In this document: positions 51,198 through 61,942 of the stretch, piece by piece
Position numbering within the stretch: the first letter of the stretch is position 1
How the letters are laid out: each line of letters starts with the position of its first letter
DNA from: an uncultured Phycisphaerales bacterium
GTDB taxonomy: Bacteria; Planctomycetota; Phycisphaerae; Sedimentisphaerales; Anaerobacaceae
Length of the DNA stretch: 64,000 nt
Reading direction: 5' to 3'
Assembly: GCA_963772725.1 (NCBI GenBank)
Contig: CAVYYI010000001.1
Span: forward strand, 992,001-1,056,000
The notes under the pieces: model-generated
Told to the model about the DNA's origin: nothing
What the model saw: only the letters and a program-made list of their open reading frames with translations
Database searches by the model: none
Made by a program: the position numbers and the translations under genes

Positions 51198-52672
51198 GTG
51201 GATAATCAGGGTATTCTTGGAATTTATTTCAGTAAAGACAGGGCCGCGGCTGTATGGATGGGTTCCCAGGGCGGCGGCAAAACAGTCCACGGATATTTCA
51301 CCGTTAAACTCGAAGAACAACAGGAACAGCCGGTATCTCCCTTAACCGGACTTGCTAATCTCATAGCGCAAGGCTGCAAGGAAAGGAACTTCAGGTTTTC
51401 GCAGGTCGCAGCGGCAATTGACTGCTCGATGTATATGCAGCACACCGTCCACAGTGATTTTACTGAGCTTAAACAAATTGCCACAACCGTTCGTTTCGAC
51501 ACGGAAGAAGCTATCGCGACAGATATAAGCGACGTCGCGGTATCTTTTCGGATTATGTCAACCAGCGAGAAAGGCGCAAGCCTCGATGTCTTCACCGCAA
51601 AGCACAAGCTCCTGTCCGAGATTATAACCGCGCTTCAGGCCAATAAAGTTGACCCTGTTGCGGTTGAGCCGGACATTACCTGCCTGGCGAGATTTATCTC
51701 TCATAACGCCGTCGTATCCGGCGATGAATCGCGCCCCTTCTTCGCGGTGCTTTCAGACCACAATTGTTATTTTATCGTTTCACAGGTGCCATGGTCTCAA
51801 AAAACCGCGGCGTCAGATTTTGGATTGCGAACCTTTCTGCTCGGAGCCAAACAGGACAGAACATCAATTCTCACCAGGGAAATTCCCTTAACGATGGGTT
51901 TACTGAAAAACCAGACGCCCGCAAACTGCGTCATGGTTTTCGATCCTGACGATTCGGTGAAGTATCAGCAGCTTGGTAAAAAATCAGCAATGGAGACAAG
52001 TCAGCTCGATTTAGCTGGAATAATCGGCGCCGGCACCGAGGCTTTGACCGGCGGGGCCGGCTTAGTCGATATCGCCATCGCTTACGGGGCGGCTTTGGCC
52101 GTTTCGGAAAAGGTATCTACCGTCAATTTCCGTAAAGATTTCATGCCCTATCTCGGCGAAAAGCAAAGACTGCTGGAGACATTGAAATTCGCAGGCTTAG
52201 CCGCGTCTGTTCTCGCGATTGCGCTGGGTTTGGGCCTTCAGATACAATTGTATAGACAATCCAGGCCGGCTGCGCAGCTTAAAGAAAAAATTCTTAAACA
52301 ATATTCGGATGTTATGATGGGCAAAAAGCCTTTGGCAAGAAACACTCCGTTAAGCGGACTCGATGCCGAACTGCGGCGAATCAGGGATGCCAAAAGCGGC
52401 AAGGTGACCGGCGAAGGCTCCATACCCGCCAAACTTACACTTATCCTTGTGCCGTCAACAATTGCGCAGCGATAACCAATATTAACATCGACAAATTAAC
52501 AATTTCAAGCAGGAGCATATCGCTGGCAGGCGATACGGCAGCGTCAGGTAATAAAAATACATTGAAATTGTTTGAGGCAATCAAGGCCGCTAAAATGAAT
52601 ATCAGCGGACAAAAAATGGAGTCAAAGGGAAACCGTGATGCTTTCAGCATAAATATTGAGATAAAAAAATAA
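51198..52672 (+). CDS. GspL/PilM-like protein, apparent frameshift near 52450
   Basis: Actin-like N-terminus, VNFRKD then a TM helix; the C-terminus continues in another frame to TAA 52672. Confidence 0.7.
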
Positions 52673-52687
52673 TTAAGGAGTTACCTC

Positions 52688-53188
52688 GTGAAAGACATAT
52701 ATAAAAATCCGATTTTCTATTATATACTCGTACCGGTGATATTTTTTCTCTGGCCACTGCTGATACTGACAGTCTATATGCCTAAAGCGGAAAAAGACAG
52801 CCAGTCGCTCGCGAAGCAATATGACGATATCCAGGTGAAGATTCGGGATATTTTAATTATTGACCCGGAACGGCTGGAATTCGCCAGTAATAAAAAGACA
52901 TCTTCAGAGTTTGACTACGCCGTCGCCATTGAAAGGATTGCCAGTTCCTGCGGTATCGCGTCGAATAATTACACCGTAAACTCAAAGCCGAGCCGAATCG
53001 TCAATAAGCAGAAAATACAATCCGGCCAGGTAACTCTAAAACAGGTCGATATTAAAAGTATTGCGGCATTTTTATCTGAAACTCAGGTACGCTGGGCAAA
53101 TCTGCAGTGTGAAAATCTGTCGCTGACCAAAAATAAAAGCCCCGCCGACTCCTGGAACGCCGATTTAAATTTTAACTACTATTATTAA
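52688..53188 (+). CDS. GspM-like protein
   Basis: N-terminal TM helix, short periplasmic domain, last gene of the gsp operon. Confidence 0.6.
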   Translation: MKDIYKNPIFYYILVPVIFFLWPLLILTVYMPKAEKDSQSLAKQYDDIQVKIRDILIIDPERLEFASNKKTSSEFDYAVAIERIASSCGIASNNYTVNSKPSRIVNKQKIQSGQVTLKQVDIKSIAAFLSETQVRWANLQCENLSLTKNKSPADSWNADLNFNYYY

Positions 53189-53212
53189 CCGCTCATTGAC
53201 ATTCGCGGCTCG
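53189..53212. repeat. Short REP-like palindrome between convergent genes
   Basis: CCGCTCATTGACATTCGCGGCTCG imperfect palindrome. Confidence 0.4.
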
Positions 53213-53264
53213 GATAATATAAAACCACTGCAGACTTGTGATTATTTTTTTGTTGTGGGAGTGG

Positions 53265-54899
53265 TTAGTTCGAAGAGGATATATGGTGGTGAGCCGCGCG
53301 GAAGAATCTGCCGTATTTCATTTCGCCCTGCTGACCATAGTAGATATAAGAACCCTTATATTTCTGCTCCAATTGCGGTATAAGTTTATCTATATAGGCA
53401 GTTTCCTGCTGGCTGGTACCCGTTATCGGTATCAAATAATATGGGAATTTCCCTGTCTTTGCGTATTTTTCGATATCCTCGAGTTTTTGAGCCGGCACAA
53501 TTTCCCTGTCGATGTACCAGGCCACCTCAGGCCGGTAGGACGCCTCTTTTATGCCAGGGAATTGGTCGATGATAAAGGCGTCGAAACTGAGGAGGGCTTT
53601 ATCAGGCGGTATCATTTTCCCTAAACGCTCGAACATCTCGATTCTTCCTTCGGCCTGCCATCTAATACCGTAATAATAGTTTGTGCCGATGACGCAAAAT
53701 GTAAACAATATCCCGACCAGCGCCACTGCGCCGCCGACAGCCAGCCATTGGTGTATTTTCTTTAACGCATCATAAACCACCATCACGCCCAGGGCCGCCG
53801 CAATGGAAATAAAAGGCGTGAGGGGACGTTCCCAATATTGATGGGGATAGAGTGTGCCGCGTAAAATCAGCAACTGAAAAACCGGCGGCATAAGGAAAAG
53901 CCAGAAATGGGGGAATCGGCGGGATACGCTTTGGGCGGATTTTTCAATCGGGGCAAATACCAATAACTGGCCTAAGGTCAGATAGGCGATTACCAGAAAC
54001 AGGATGGGGAGGGTGAAATTCGTATCGGCGTGTTCCCAAAATCTCAAGAACCAATCCGCCCAGGAGAGATTTATTTGTTCACCGCTGCCGGAACGCACCT
54101 TGTAAAGCTGGAATATCCTTTCAAAATTCCAACCGCTACCTGCAGCTAAAATCGTAAAATCAACAAGCAGGCTCGCAAACGGTGCGAGCGCCAGTATCGC
54201 AATCAATGACCAGTCGGGCAACCTGCGGCGATATAAGCAGCGGGAGACGTAATGGATGCCGAGCGCCATCGCGAAAAAAAAGCCTTCCCATGTCATTTGT
54301 ATGGCCAGGAAAAGGCAAGCCGCCAGAATCCATTTATGGTATTTTTGAGGTTCGGGGGCGCCGTTCTTTAGGCCTCCAATCAGGACGAGGTAGCACCAGA
54401 AAGCTCCGAAGCACAGCGGGTAAAGCCACATATTGACACCGAAGTAACCGATAAGGGGGACCATCGCAAAGAAAAGGCCGGCCAATAGCGAGGTTGTTTC
54501 ATCCATCAATCCGCGGAGAATCTTTAGAAACAGCAATATCGCGGTAACAGTCGCCAGCACGTTCATTATTCGCAGAGCCCACGTATTTATTCCCAAAATC
54601 ACCATCGCCAGTGAATCGACCAGCGTAAAAAGTACAGGGTGGTCGAGATAGCGGGACGGTTTTTCAGGCGGCGGATAACCAACCGCGAAAGTATCGAAGC
54701 CTTTGGTGTATCCGAGTCCGTATTTCACATGTGAACGCGCGACCCAGGCATCGTGAGCCTGGCCCCAACTGTGCATGCCGTAAAAGGGACGCGTTATGTC
54801 GCGTGACAGCGTTGAAGCGGCAAGGATAGCTATTAGTCCGCCGCAAAGCCAGAAATTCAATCCTTTGTTTGACTGACTGGAAATATCTTCTTTCTTCAT
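53265..54899 (-). CDS. ArnT/GT39-like membrane glycosyltransferase
   Basis: Polytopic membrane protein with Y.DHP and ALR loop motifs. Confidence 0.65.
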   Translation of the reverse strand: MKKEDISSQSNKGLNFWLCGGLIAILAASTLSRDITRPFYGMHSWGQAHDAWVARSHVKYGLGYTKGFDTFAVGYPPPEKPSRYLDHPVLFTLVDSLAMVILGINTWALRIMNVLATVTAILLFLKILRGLMDETTSLLAGLFFAMVPLIGYFGVNMWLYPLCFGAFWCYLVLIGGLKNGAPEPQKYHKWILAACLFLAIQMTWEGFFFAMALGIHYVSRCLYRRRLPDWSLIAILALAPFASLLVDFTILAAGSGWNFERIFQLYKVRSGSGEQINLSWADWFLRFWEHADTNFTLPILFLVIAYLTLGQLLVFAPIEKSAQSVSRRFPHFWLFLMPPVFQLLILRGTLYPHQYWERPLTPFISIAAALGVMVVYDALKKIHQWLAVGGAVALVGILFTFCVIGTNYYYGIRWQAEGRIEMFERLGKMIPPDKALLSFDAFIIDQFPGIKEASYRPEVAWYIDREIVPAQKLEDIEKYAKTGKFPYYLIPITGTSQQETAYIDKLIPQLEQKYKGSYIYYGQQGEMKYGRFFRAAHHHISSSN

Positions 54900-54914
54900 T
54901 AACAACTCCAGTTT

Positions 54915-54937
54915 CGGCGGGGCAAGCCCCGCCCTAC
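54915..54937 (-). repeat. GTAG-type REP element
   Basis: GTAGGGCGGGGCTTGCCCCGCCG: GTAG tetranucleotide plus GC hairpin. Confidence 0.6.
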
Positions 54938-55098
54938 TTCAATTCCTGCTGCGGCGATTCAAATAACACTGCCGCCGCGACCGACTTAATGCCGATAAAA
55001 CTGTATAAATGTCATTTGCTTACTGCGAAAATACATTTATAATATAATAATTCTTAAGGATTGCTGTGTAAAGGAATTAAAGGTGTAAGGAATTATAT

Positions 55099-56766
55099 AT
55101 GACCAAAGAAACTGCGAAGGATGTTTTTTTTGAAATAGAGGGTCAGCAGGTGAAAACGCCATTTCGTTTTCACGTATTGGCGGGAGTTATCTGCGTCATT
55201 TTTGCAGGTTACGTATGGATGCTTAATCCGATACCGTATATACACGGTGACCAGATAAATATAGTAACGATGATTCTCTCAAAGGAACATCCGGAAAATT
55301 TTGCCCGTGATACGGCTTTTGGCGGCAAAGCGGCGGACTTCTACCCTCCGCTTGCACGAGGGATAATCAAAATCTTTATCAACAATTTCGGCGTAATCGG
55401 CGGCCATCGTGTGCTTCAGTTTCCGCTGTCGGTGATTTATCTTTTTGTGATGTACGGCGTGCTGTATTACCTGACCCGGTCGGTGCCCGCGTCGCTCTTG
55501 GTAACGTTGGCGTCTTTGATGTGGCGGTGGACGATGGCGGAAACATACTGGGGAATAAGCCGTATGCAGGCCGTTCAGCCGCGAAGTTTCGCGATAATTT
55601 TCATACCGATTTTATTTATCCTGTTCTGGAAATGGCGAGACGACTGGAAGCTGCTCATCCCCGCTTTTGTCACCGGCCTGCTGTTCAATATCAATCCCCC
55701 CACCGCGATGGCGTTCGCTTTATTAATATGGGCATCTTTACTTATCATAAATTTTCGTTCCCGCGACAGGATTATCAAATTATTCGTTGCGGGTTTTGCT
55801 CTTATTCTCGGCGCCGCGCCGTTTCTTTACACAACTGCGGCGATACGTCACAGGATAACAGCGGCGTTGACACCGCAGGAAATGCAGGCACATCTGGCAA
55901 ATATCAATTACGTGTTCAATTATCTTTCGTATAAAATTCGGCCCGAAATGCTCGGAAAGGCTTTGTATCTCGGTTTTACCCCCCTGCTGTTTCTTGCGGC
56001 CATCGCGTGGTGCAAACGAAAAGAAAAACGCAGTCTATTCGACGGGTGGATGGTTTGGTTTACCGTGCTGGCGTTTGCAGGCACAGTTATTTTACAGTTT
56101 TCAATTCAGGGAATATGTGAATATTTAAAAATAGAGCCATTTACTCCAAATATTATACGAGGCCAGACTTTTGTGTATCTTGTTCTTTATATTTATATCG
56201 CCTGGCTTTTGGCGGAATTATTCAGAAGATTCGCCTTTAAGGAAAAGGCCGTCCTGATTACGGTTTGCGCCATAGTAATCGCTGTTATGCCGGTTTTCGG
56301 TAATGGCAAGGAGCAATCCCAGTCATCCTCTCCTTTTGCGCAATGGGATTACAACACGCAGGAAAAAGATGCCCTGTTTCGCGGGGAGAAGATAGAAATG
56401 GCGGGCTGGTTTATGTATATGGATAAGCTATGCCAATGGGCGAAACAGAAAACGCCTGCGAACTCGTTGTTCTTGTTTGCCGATAAGTTTATGGACCCGT
56501 TTCGGATATATGCTCAGCGAAGCATGGTAATTTCACAAATCAGCGGCGGTGTGGCGCATTTCAACGGACCAAGAGTTCTGGCTAAATGGGTTGATTATGA
56601 ACAGCAGATAGATGAAATTATGGGCACAAAGAGCGCGTCTCTGCTGCTGAAACTGGCCAATGACTCCAAGGCCGATTATATAGTTACCGCTAATGATTTT
56701 CCCGAGGTAACAGGCTGGACAACGGTGTATCGCGATCCTTATTGGAGAGTTTATAAGAGGTCGTAA
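55099..56766 (+). CDS. Polytopic membrane protein (possible GT-C / polysaccharide biosynthesis)
   Basis: About 11 TM helices; C-terminal W....TP..SLF and FRIYAQRS motifs. Confidence 0.6.
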   Translation: MTKETAKDVFFEIEGQQVKTPFRFHVLAGVICVIFAGYVWMLNPIPYIHGDQINIVTMILSKEHPENFARDTAFGGKAADFYPPLARGIIKIFINNFGVIGGHRVLQFPLSVIYLFVMYGVLYYLTRSVPASLLVTLASLMWRWTMAETYWGISRMQAVQPRSFAIIFIPILFILFWKWRDDWKLLIPAFVTGLLFNINPPTAMAFALLIWASLLIINFRSRDRIIKLFVAGFALILGAAPFLYTTAAIRHRITAALTPQEMQAHLANINYVFNYLSYKIRPEMLGKALYLGFTPLLFLAAIAWCKRKEKRSLFDGWMVWFTVLAFAGTVILQFSIQGICEYLKIEPFTPNIIRGQTFVYLVLYIYIAWLLAELFRRFAFKEKAVLITVCAIVIAVMPVFGNGKEQSQSSSPFAQWDYNTQEKDALFRGEKIEMAGWFMYMDKLCQWAKQKTPANSLFLFADKFMDPFRIYAQRSMVISQISGGVAHFNGPRVLAKWVDYEQQIDEIMGTKSASLLLKLANDSKADYIVTANDFPEVTGWTTVYRDPYWRVYKRS

Positions 56767-56777
56767 TAATAGCAAAT

Positions 56778-57722
56778 ATGAAATTTCATCATCTGCAAAA
56801 AACCTGGTTATGGCATCTTATAGGCCCGGCAGTTGTGATTGCGGCAATTTACTGGGCTGGCCCAGCCAAAGTCTGGCAAATTTTGTCAGGAGTTGATATC
56901 CGATTTTTTGCCATGGCCGCCTGTGCAGCTATTCCTATCGCTGTCATCAAGGGCATCCGCTGGAAAATTCTTCTGAATGGTTACAATATTGATATTACTC
57001 TCGGCGAAAGTATTTCAATGTACACCATCGGGTCGGTGCTGTCGGTTGTAACGCCCGGTCATGTCGGAGATATGGTAAAGATTCTTCCGCTGATTAAAAG
57101 AGGCTGCGGTATCGCAAAAGCTATCGCGTCAAATATCATTGACCGTCTTTTCGATGTTGTGTTCATTCTGCTTGCCGGCTATATCGCCATGCTCTATTTC
57201 TCGCAGTATTTCACATACCAGTTAAAAATTATTAATATCATTGCGGCCGGTGTCATAGTCGTTTCTATCATAATCGCTTTAAAGCGGCACCTGCTGAAAA
57301 ACCTGGCACTTAAGCTCGTTCCATCACAATTCCATTCGACCGCGAAAGACTCCTGGGGTGAAATCACGGGTGTTTTGAAAAAAAAGCACATAGGCCGGCT
57401 TCTGGTAATCGCGATTTTAACCATTCTGTATTACCTGCTGCATTTCACCGCTATTTATCTCTGCGGCATGGCTCTAAGCATTAAAGCGTCTTTCATCTTT
57501 CTCAGTGCCTGTGCCGCTGTCTCAACTATTTTATCCCTGCTGCCGATAACAGTCGCCGGTGTCGGAACAAGAGACGCCGTATTTATTCTTTTGTTGAGCC
57601 AGCTCGGAATTGAAAAACAGCAAAGCCTTGCGCTTTCCAGCCTTATACTCGTGCTTTTTCTGACCAATTGCGGCCTGTTTTACATCATCTCTGTCATCTT
57701 CGGCCATCGCAAGTTACGTTAA
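56778..57722 (+). CDS. Lysylphosphatidylglycerol synthase TM / UPF0104 flippase-like protein
   Basis: RWKILL, TPGHVGD, DRLFD, LPITVAGVGTRD motifs. Confidence 0.85.
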   Translation: MKFHHLQKTWLWHLIGPAVVIAAIYWAGPAKVWQILSGVDIRFFAMAACAAIPIAVIKGIRWKILLNGYNIDITLGESISMYTIGSVLSVVTPGHVGDMVKILPLIKRGCGIAKAIASNIIDRLFDVVFILLAGYIAMLYFSQYFTYQLKIINIIAAGVIVVSIIIALKRHLLKNLALKLVPSQFHSTAKDSWGEITGVLKKKHIGRLLVIAILTILYYLLHFTAIYLCGMALSIKASFIFLSACAAVSTILSLLPITVAGVGTRDAVFILLLSQLGIEKQQSLALSSLILVLFLTNCGLFYIISVIFGHRKLR

Positions 57723-57838
57723 TCTTGTTTACATTGCACATTTTTTATAAACACAAGTATTACTGAAATGTTATAATCAGGTCTTTGAAAACAATATAAG
57801 ACATTAAGGAAGGCAAGATAGTTGAGAAAAAGGTAAAT

Positions 57839-59059
57839 ATGATTAACAGAAGAAATTTTTTGAAAACATTGGGTGCAGCCGGTTTAGGTTCCGCAGCCGC
57901 GGCAATCAATGCTAATGCCGAGCCAAATGAACCGAATTCCGCTGAAAAAACCGCTGCCAAATTGCCGCAGGTCCCGCGGCGGAAACTCGGCAAAACAGGC
58001 GTCGATGTCCCGGTATTATCACTGGGCGGTGATTTCAGTTTTCTCGACAAACAGATTGTTCTAAGAAAAACCCTCGACTGGGGTGTAAATTACTGGGAGA
58101 CAGCTTCCAAATACGCCAATGGAAACGCTGAACTCGGTATGGGCGAGTATATCGGCAAAAATCCAGATGTGCGAAAGAACCTGTTCCTGGTTACAAAGGC
58201 ATCTATTTTTGGCGAGCCGATAACCGTTGAGAAAATTGAACAGCGTCTTCAAAACTCTCTGAAAAGATTAAAGACCGATTACATCGACTTATATTACGGA
58301 ATCCATTGTCTGGCAGACCCGTCGCAGCTTAACGACGATATAAGAAAATGGGCCGAAAGCGCCAAGAAGCGAAAACTTATACGATTCTTCGGATTCAGCA
58401 CACACAAGAATATGCAGCAGCATCTTATGGCTGCGTCGAAACTTGACTGGATTGACGCGATAATGACCACCTTCAATTTCCGGCTCGTCAATGATAAAGA
58501 TATGCTCGAAGCGATTGACGCCTGCAATAAGGCTGGTATAGGTCTTGTCGCGATGAAGACACAGGGCAAAGGCGTAAATATTGAGGAAGTTAAAAAAGTC
58601 GCCAACCATTTTCTCGAAAAAGGATTTACCGAGGGTCAGGCAAAAATAAAAATCCTCCTCGAAAATAAAGCAATCAGCTCCGTCTGTGTCGGAATGCAGA
58701 ATATCGCCCTTCTTACAACCAATGTCGCGGCGGTACTTGATAACACGAAATTATCCATGCAGGATTACGAGGTATTTAATGAATATGCCAGGGCAACATG
58801 CAGCGGCTACTGTACAGGCTGCGCACAAATATGCGAGTCGGCTTTACCGCAGGCCCCTTACGTCAGCGATATAATGCGATACCTGATGTACCATAACAGC
58901 TACGGCGACAGGGATAGGGCAAGGGAACTTTTCGCTGAAATACCGGCGGAAATAAGAGACTGCCTGCTGAAAATAGATTACAGGCAGGCTGAAGCCCTTT
59001 GCCCGCAGCGTATGCCTATCGCGAGGTTGATGGCTGAGGCGGCACAAAAGCTGGCATAA
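57839..59059 (+). CDS. Aldo/keto reductase with Tat signal and C-terminal Fe-S motif
   Basis: NRRNFLK, RRKLGKTG, TDYIDLY, GFSTH, CTGCAQIC...CP motifs. Confidence 0.88.
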   Translation: MINRRNFLKTLGAAGLGSAAAAINANAEPNEPNSAEKTAAKLPQVPRRKLGKTGVDVPVLSLGGDFSFLDKQIVLRKTLDWGVNYWETASKYANGNAELGMGEYIGKNPDVRKNLFLVTKASIFGEPITVEKIEQRLQNSLKRLKTDYIDLYYGIHCLADPSQLNDDIRKWAESAKKRKLIRFFGFSTHKNMQQHLMAASKLDWIDAIMTTFNFRLVNDKDMLEAIDACNKAGIGLVAMKTQGKGVNIEEVKKVANHFLEKGFTEGQAKIKILLENKAISSVCVGMQNIALLTTNVAAVLDNTKLSMQDYEVFNEYARATCSGYCTGCAQICESALPQAPYVSDIMRYLMYHNSYGDRDRARELFAEIPAEIRDCLLKIDYRQAEALCPQRMPIARLMAEAAQKLA

Positions 59060-59159
59060 AATTTTTTTGAACAAAAAACAGCGTTAATGGTATAATGTGT
59101 AAGTCGTTTGAAATGCCAGAGTATATTGGTTTATTGATAATTTATAGGAGGCAAAAGTC

Positions 59160-60416
59160 GTGAATATGAATACAAACACAACTAACAGCAGAAGGAATTT
59201 TCTGAAAACATTGGGCGCCGTTGGTCTGGGGTCGGTTGCGGCATCCGTGGCGCACGCTAAGCCAAACGAACCTAACTCTGTTGAACCAAATGATGCGGTA
59301 AAAACAAATCCTAAAGCCGCATCTGTGCCGAGACGCAAATTAGGCAAAACAGGAGTGGATGTTCCGGTTCTGTCCTTCGGAGCGATGTTCAATATTCTCG
59401 ATAATCAAATATGTCTGAGAAGCTGTTTGAAATGGGGCGTTGACTACTGGGACACCGCAAAGGGTTACGCTAATGGAAACAGCGAACTTGGAATCGGTCA
59501 ATATATTTCAAAAGACCCCCAAATCAGAAAAAATCTGTTTATCGTAACCAAGGCATCAGGAGTAAAAGATGGTAATAAGGATGAACTGGATGCCGCGCTT
59601 AAAGTTTCTTTAGACAGAATGCAGACTGATTATGTTGACCTCTATTATGGAATACACGGGCTGGATAATCCCGCACTGCTAAATGACAACCTAAAGGCGT
59701 GGGCGGAGAAGGCCAAAAAAGAAAAAAAGATTCGGTTCTTCGGATTCAGCACGCATAAAAACATACCGGAATGCCTTATGGCTGCATCAAAGCTTGACTG
59801 GATTGATGTGATAATGCCCAGCTATAATATTACCCTGATGCAAAAAAATGACATGAAAGAGGCAGTCGAGGCCTGCCACAAAAAAGGTATCGGGCTTATC
59901 GCTATGAAAGTCATCAATGGAGTCTCGAAAATAAATAATAAAGAAGAAGAAAAACTTATAAGCCATTTCATTGAAAAAGGCTTCACAGACGGTCAGGCAA
60001 AAATAAAAGCTGTCGTGGCGGATGAGAGGTTTGCTTCCGCGTGTGTAAGAATGCAAAACGTGACGCAGATAACCTCGAATGTCGCGGCGGTTCTTGATAA
60101 GACAAAACTCACCAAACTGGATATGCAGGTTATAAAACAATACGTGGCGGCAACGTGCAGCGGTTATTGTGCCGGTTGTGCCGCGATTTGCGATAATGCT
60201 CTGCCGCAGACACCTTACGTAAGTGACATTATGAGATACCTGATGTATTACAACAGTTATGGTGACATGGAAACCGCACGGCAGATGTTCGCGGAAATTC
60301 CAGCCGAGATAAGAAACAATCTTCTGAAAGTTGATTACGGTCCGGCGGAAAGCCGTTGCCCCCACAGAATGCCTATCGCGCAGTTAATGGCTGAGGCGGT
60401 AAGCAAACTCGCCTAA
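59160..60416 (+). CDS. Aldo/keto reductase with Tat signal and C-terminal Fe-S motif (tandem paralog)
   Basis: SRRNFLK, WDTAKGY, GFSTH, CAGCAAIC...CP motifs. Confidence 0.88.
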   Translation: MNMNTNTTNSRRNFLKTLGAVGLGSVAASVAHAKPNEPNSVEPNDAVKTNPKAASVPRRKLGKTGVDVPVLSFGAMFNILDNQICLRSCLKWGVDYWDTAKGYANGNSELGIGQYISKDPQIRKNLFIVTKASGVKDGNKDELDAALKVSLDRMQTDYVDLYYGIHGLDNPALLNDNLKAWAEKAKKEKKIRFFGFSTHKNIPECLMAASKLDWIDVIMPSYNITLMQKNDMKEAVEACHKKGIGLIAMKVINGVSKINNKEEEKLISHFIEKGFTDGQAKIKAVVADERFASACVRMQNVTQITSNVAAVLDKTKLTKLDMQVIKQYVAATCSGYCAGCAAICDNALPQTPYVSDIMRYLMYYNSYGDMETARQMFAEIPAEIRNNLLKVDYGPAESRCPHRMPIAQLMAEAVSKLA

Positions 60417-60506
60417 GACTTAAATATTTTCGCCAAAAATTTTGCCCGTCTTGCTGACGTAACGCCTTTATTTATAAGCTGTTACACTGGCAAGGCAGAT
60501 ATTTTC

Positions 60507-60536
60507 TTGACTTGGTACGCGAGATTTGTGTATAAT
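60507..60536 (+). promoter_or_regulatory. sigma70-type promoter
   Basis: TTGACT-18bp-TATAAT with TG immediately upstream of the -10. Confidence 0.55.
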
Positions 60537-60717
60537 TACATCATAAGAGAAAAAATTATTAGAAGTATTGTTCGGTGCGGTGATGACGAAATTGTATTAC
60601 GAGATGTGGTTGCCTTTTACGGTTAATAAAAAAAGGATTTTGATTTTAGCGATTGCGAGCTATATAGCTATGTGTTGATATGGCTTCGGAAGGGGAAAAA
60701 GGATGCGTTTCTTTTTA

Positions 60718-60747
60718 GCCGTTCAGAAAATTCTGGGCGGTTTTTTT
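60718..60747 (+). terminator. Intrinsic terminator
   Basis: GCCGTTCAG-AAAATT-CTGGGCGGT followed by a T-tract. Confidence 0.65.
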
Positions 60748-60859
60748 ATGCGCCGATACAATCGGTAAATTGTTTGACACATTCGGGGCGGTAACTTAAG
60801 CTTATGGCACAAAATGATTTGAAAATTGGAAAATTGGCGGTTATCGGGAAAATCTGCAA

Positions 60860-61839
60860 ATGATAATAGTTACCGGCGGCGCAGGATTTATTGGTTCGGC
60901 AATAACAGCGGCTCTTAACAAAAGAAGCATCCGCGATATTCTTATCGTTGATGAACTGCTTTGTGATGAGAAATGGAAAAATCTTCGTAATCTTTCATTC
61001 TCTGATTATATTGAGAAGAACGATTTTCTAAAAGCCGTCCTCGACAAAAAAATCTCTGATAAAAAAGTAGAAACGGTCTTTCATCTGGCGCCTGCTCAAG
61101 CACTACCGAGACAAACGCTTCATATCTGATAAAAAATAATTACGAATATACAAAAACACTGGCTCAATGGGCAGTTGCCGAAAATATCCGTTTTATTTAT
61201 GCCTCCAGCGCGGCAACTTACGGCGGCGGAGAAAAAGGGTTCTGTGATGACGAAGGAAAAATCGAAGAGCTGACCCCGATGAATATGTACGGATATTCCA
61301 AGCAGTTATTCGACCTCTGGGCAAAACAGAACGGTCTGCTGAAAAAAATCGCAGGGCTTAAATACTTCAATGTTTTCGGCCCGAACGAGTATCATAAAGC
61401 TGATATGCGAAGTTTTGTACTCAAAGCCTTCGAGCAGATAACCGCGACCGGCAAAGTTCGGCTGTTCAAGTCACACAATCCTGGTTATGCCGATGGCGAA
61501 TATGTTCGTGATTTTATTTATGTTAAAGACGCGGTCGATATGACTCTTTTCTTTTTGGATAATCCAAATGTCAACGGCCTGTTTAACCTCGGCACAGGCA
61601 AGGCCAGGTCATGGAACGATTTGCTCAAAGCGGTGTTCGCGGCAATGAACAAAACACCAAATATTGAATACATACCAATGCCCGATTCAATTCGCAATCA
61701 GTACCAGTATTTCACCCAGGCGGATATGATAAAACTCCATAAATCCGGATACACCAAAAAGACTACTTCGCTTGAAGATGCAATAAAAGATTATGTCCAA
61801 AACTATCTGCAAAAGAAAGAGTATCTATCCTCCGTTTAA
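60860..61839 (+). CDS. hldD: ADP-L-glycero-D-manno-heptose 6-epimerase (apparent frameshift near 61088)
   Basis: TGGAGFIGS, FHL(G)ACSSTTE, YASSAATYG, YGYSK, NEYHK, YQYFTQAD motifs. Confidence 0.92.
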
Positions 61840-61942
61840 TTTCAAAATATCATTTCTTATTAGCAAAGACGATTATTGCTTGTATAAGAAACATTTCTTA
61901 TAATACGTTTTTTTATAATGCTGAATTAACAGAGAAAAACCT

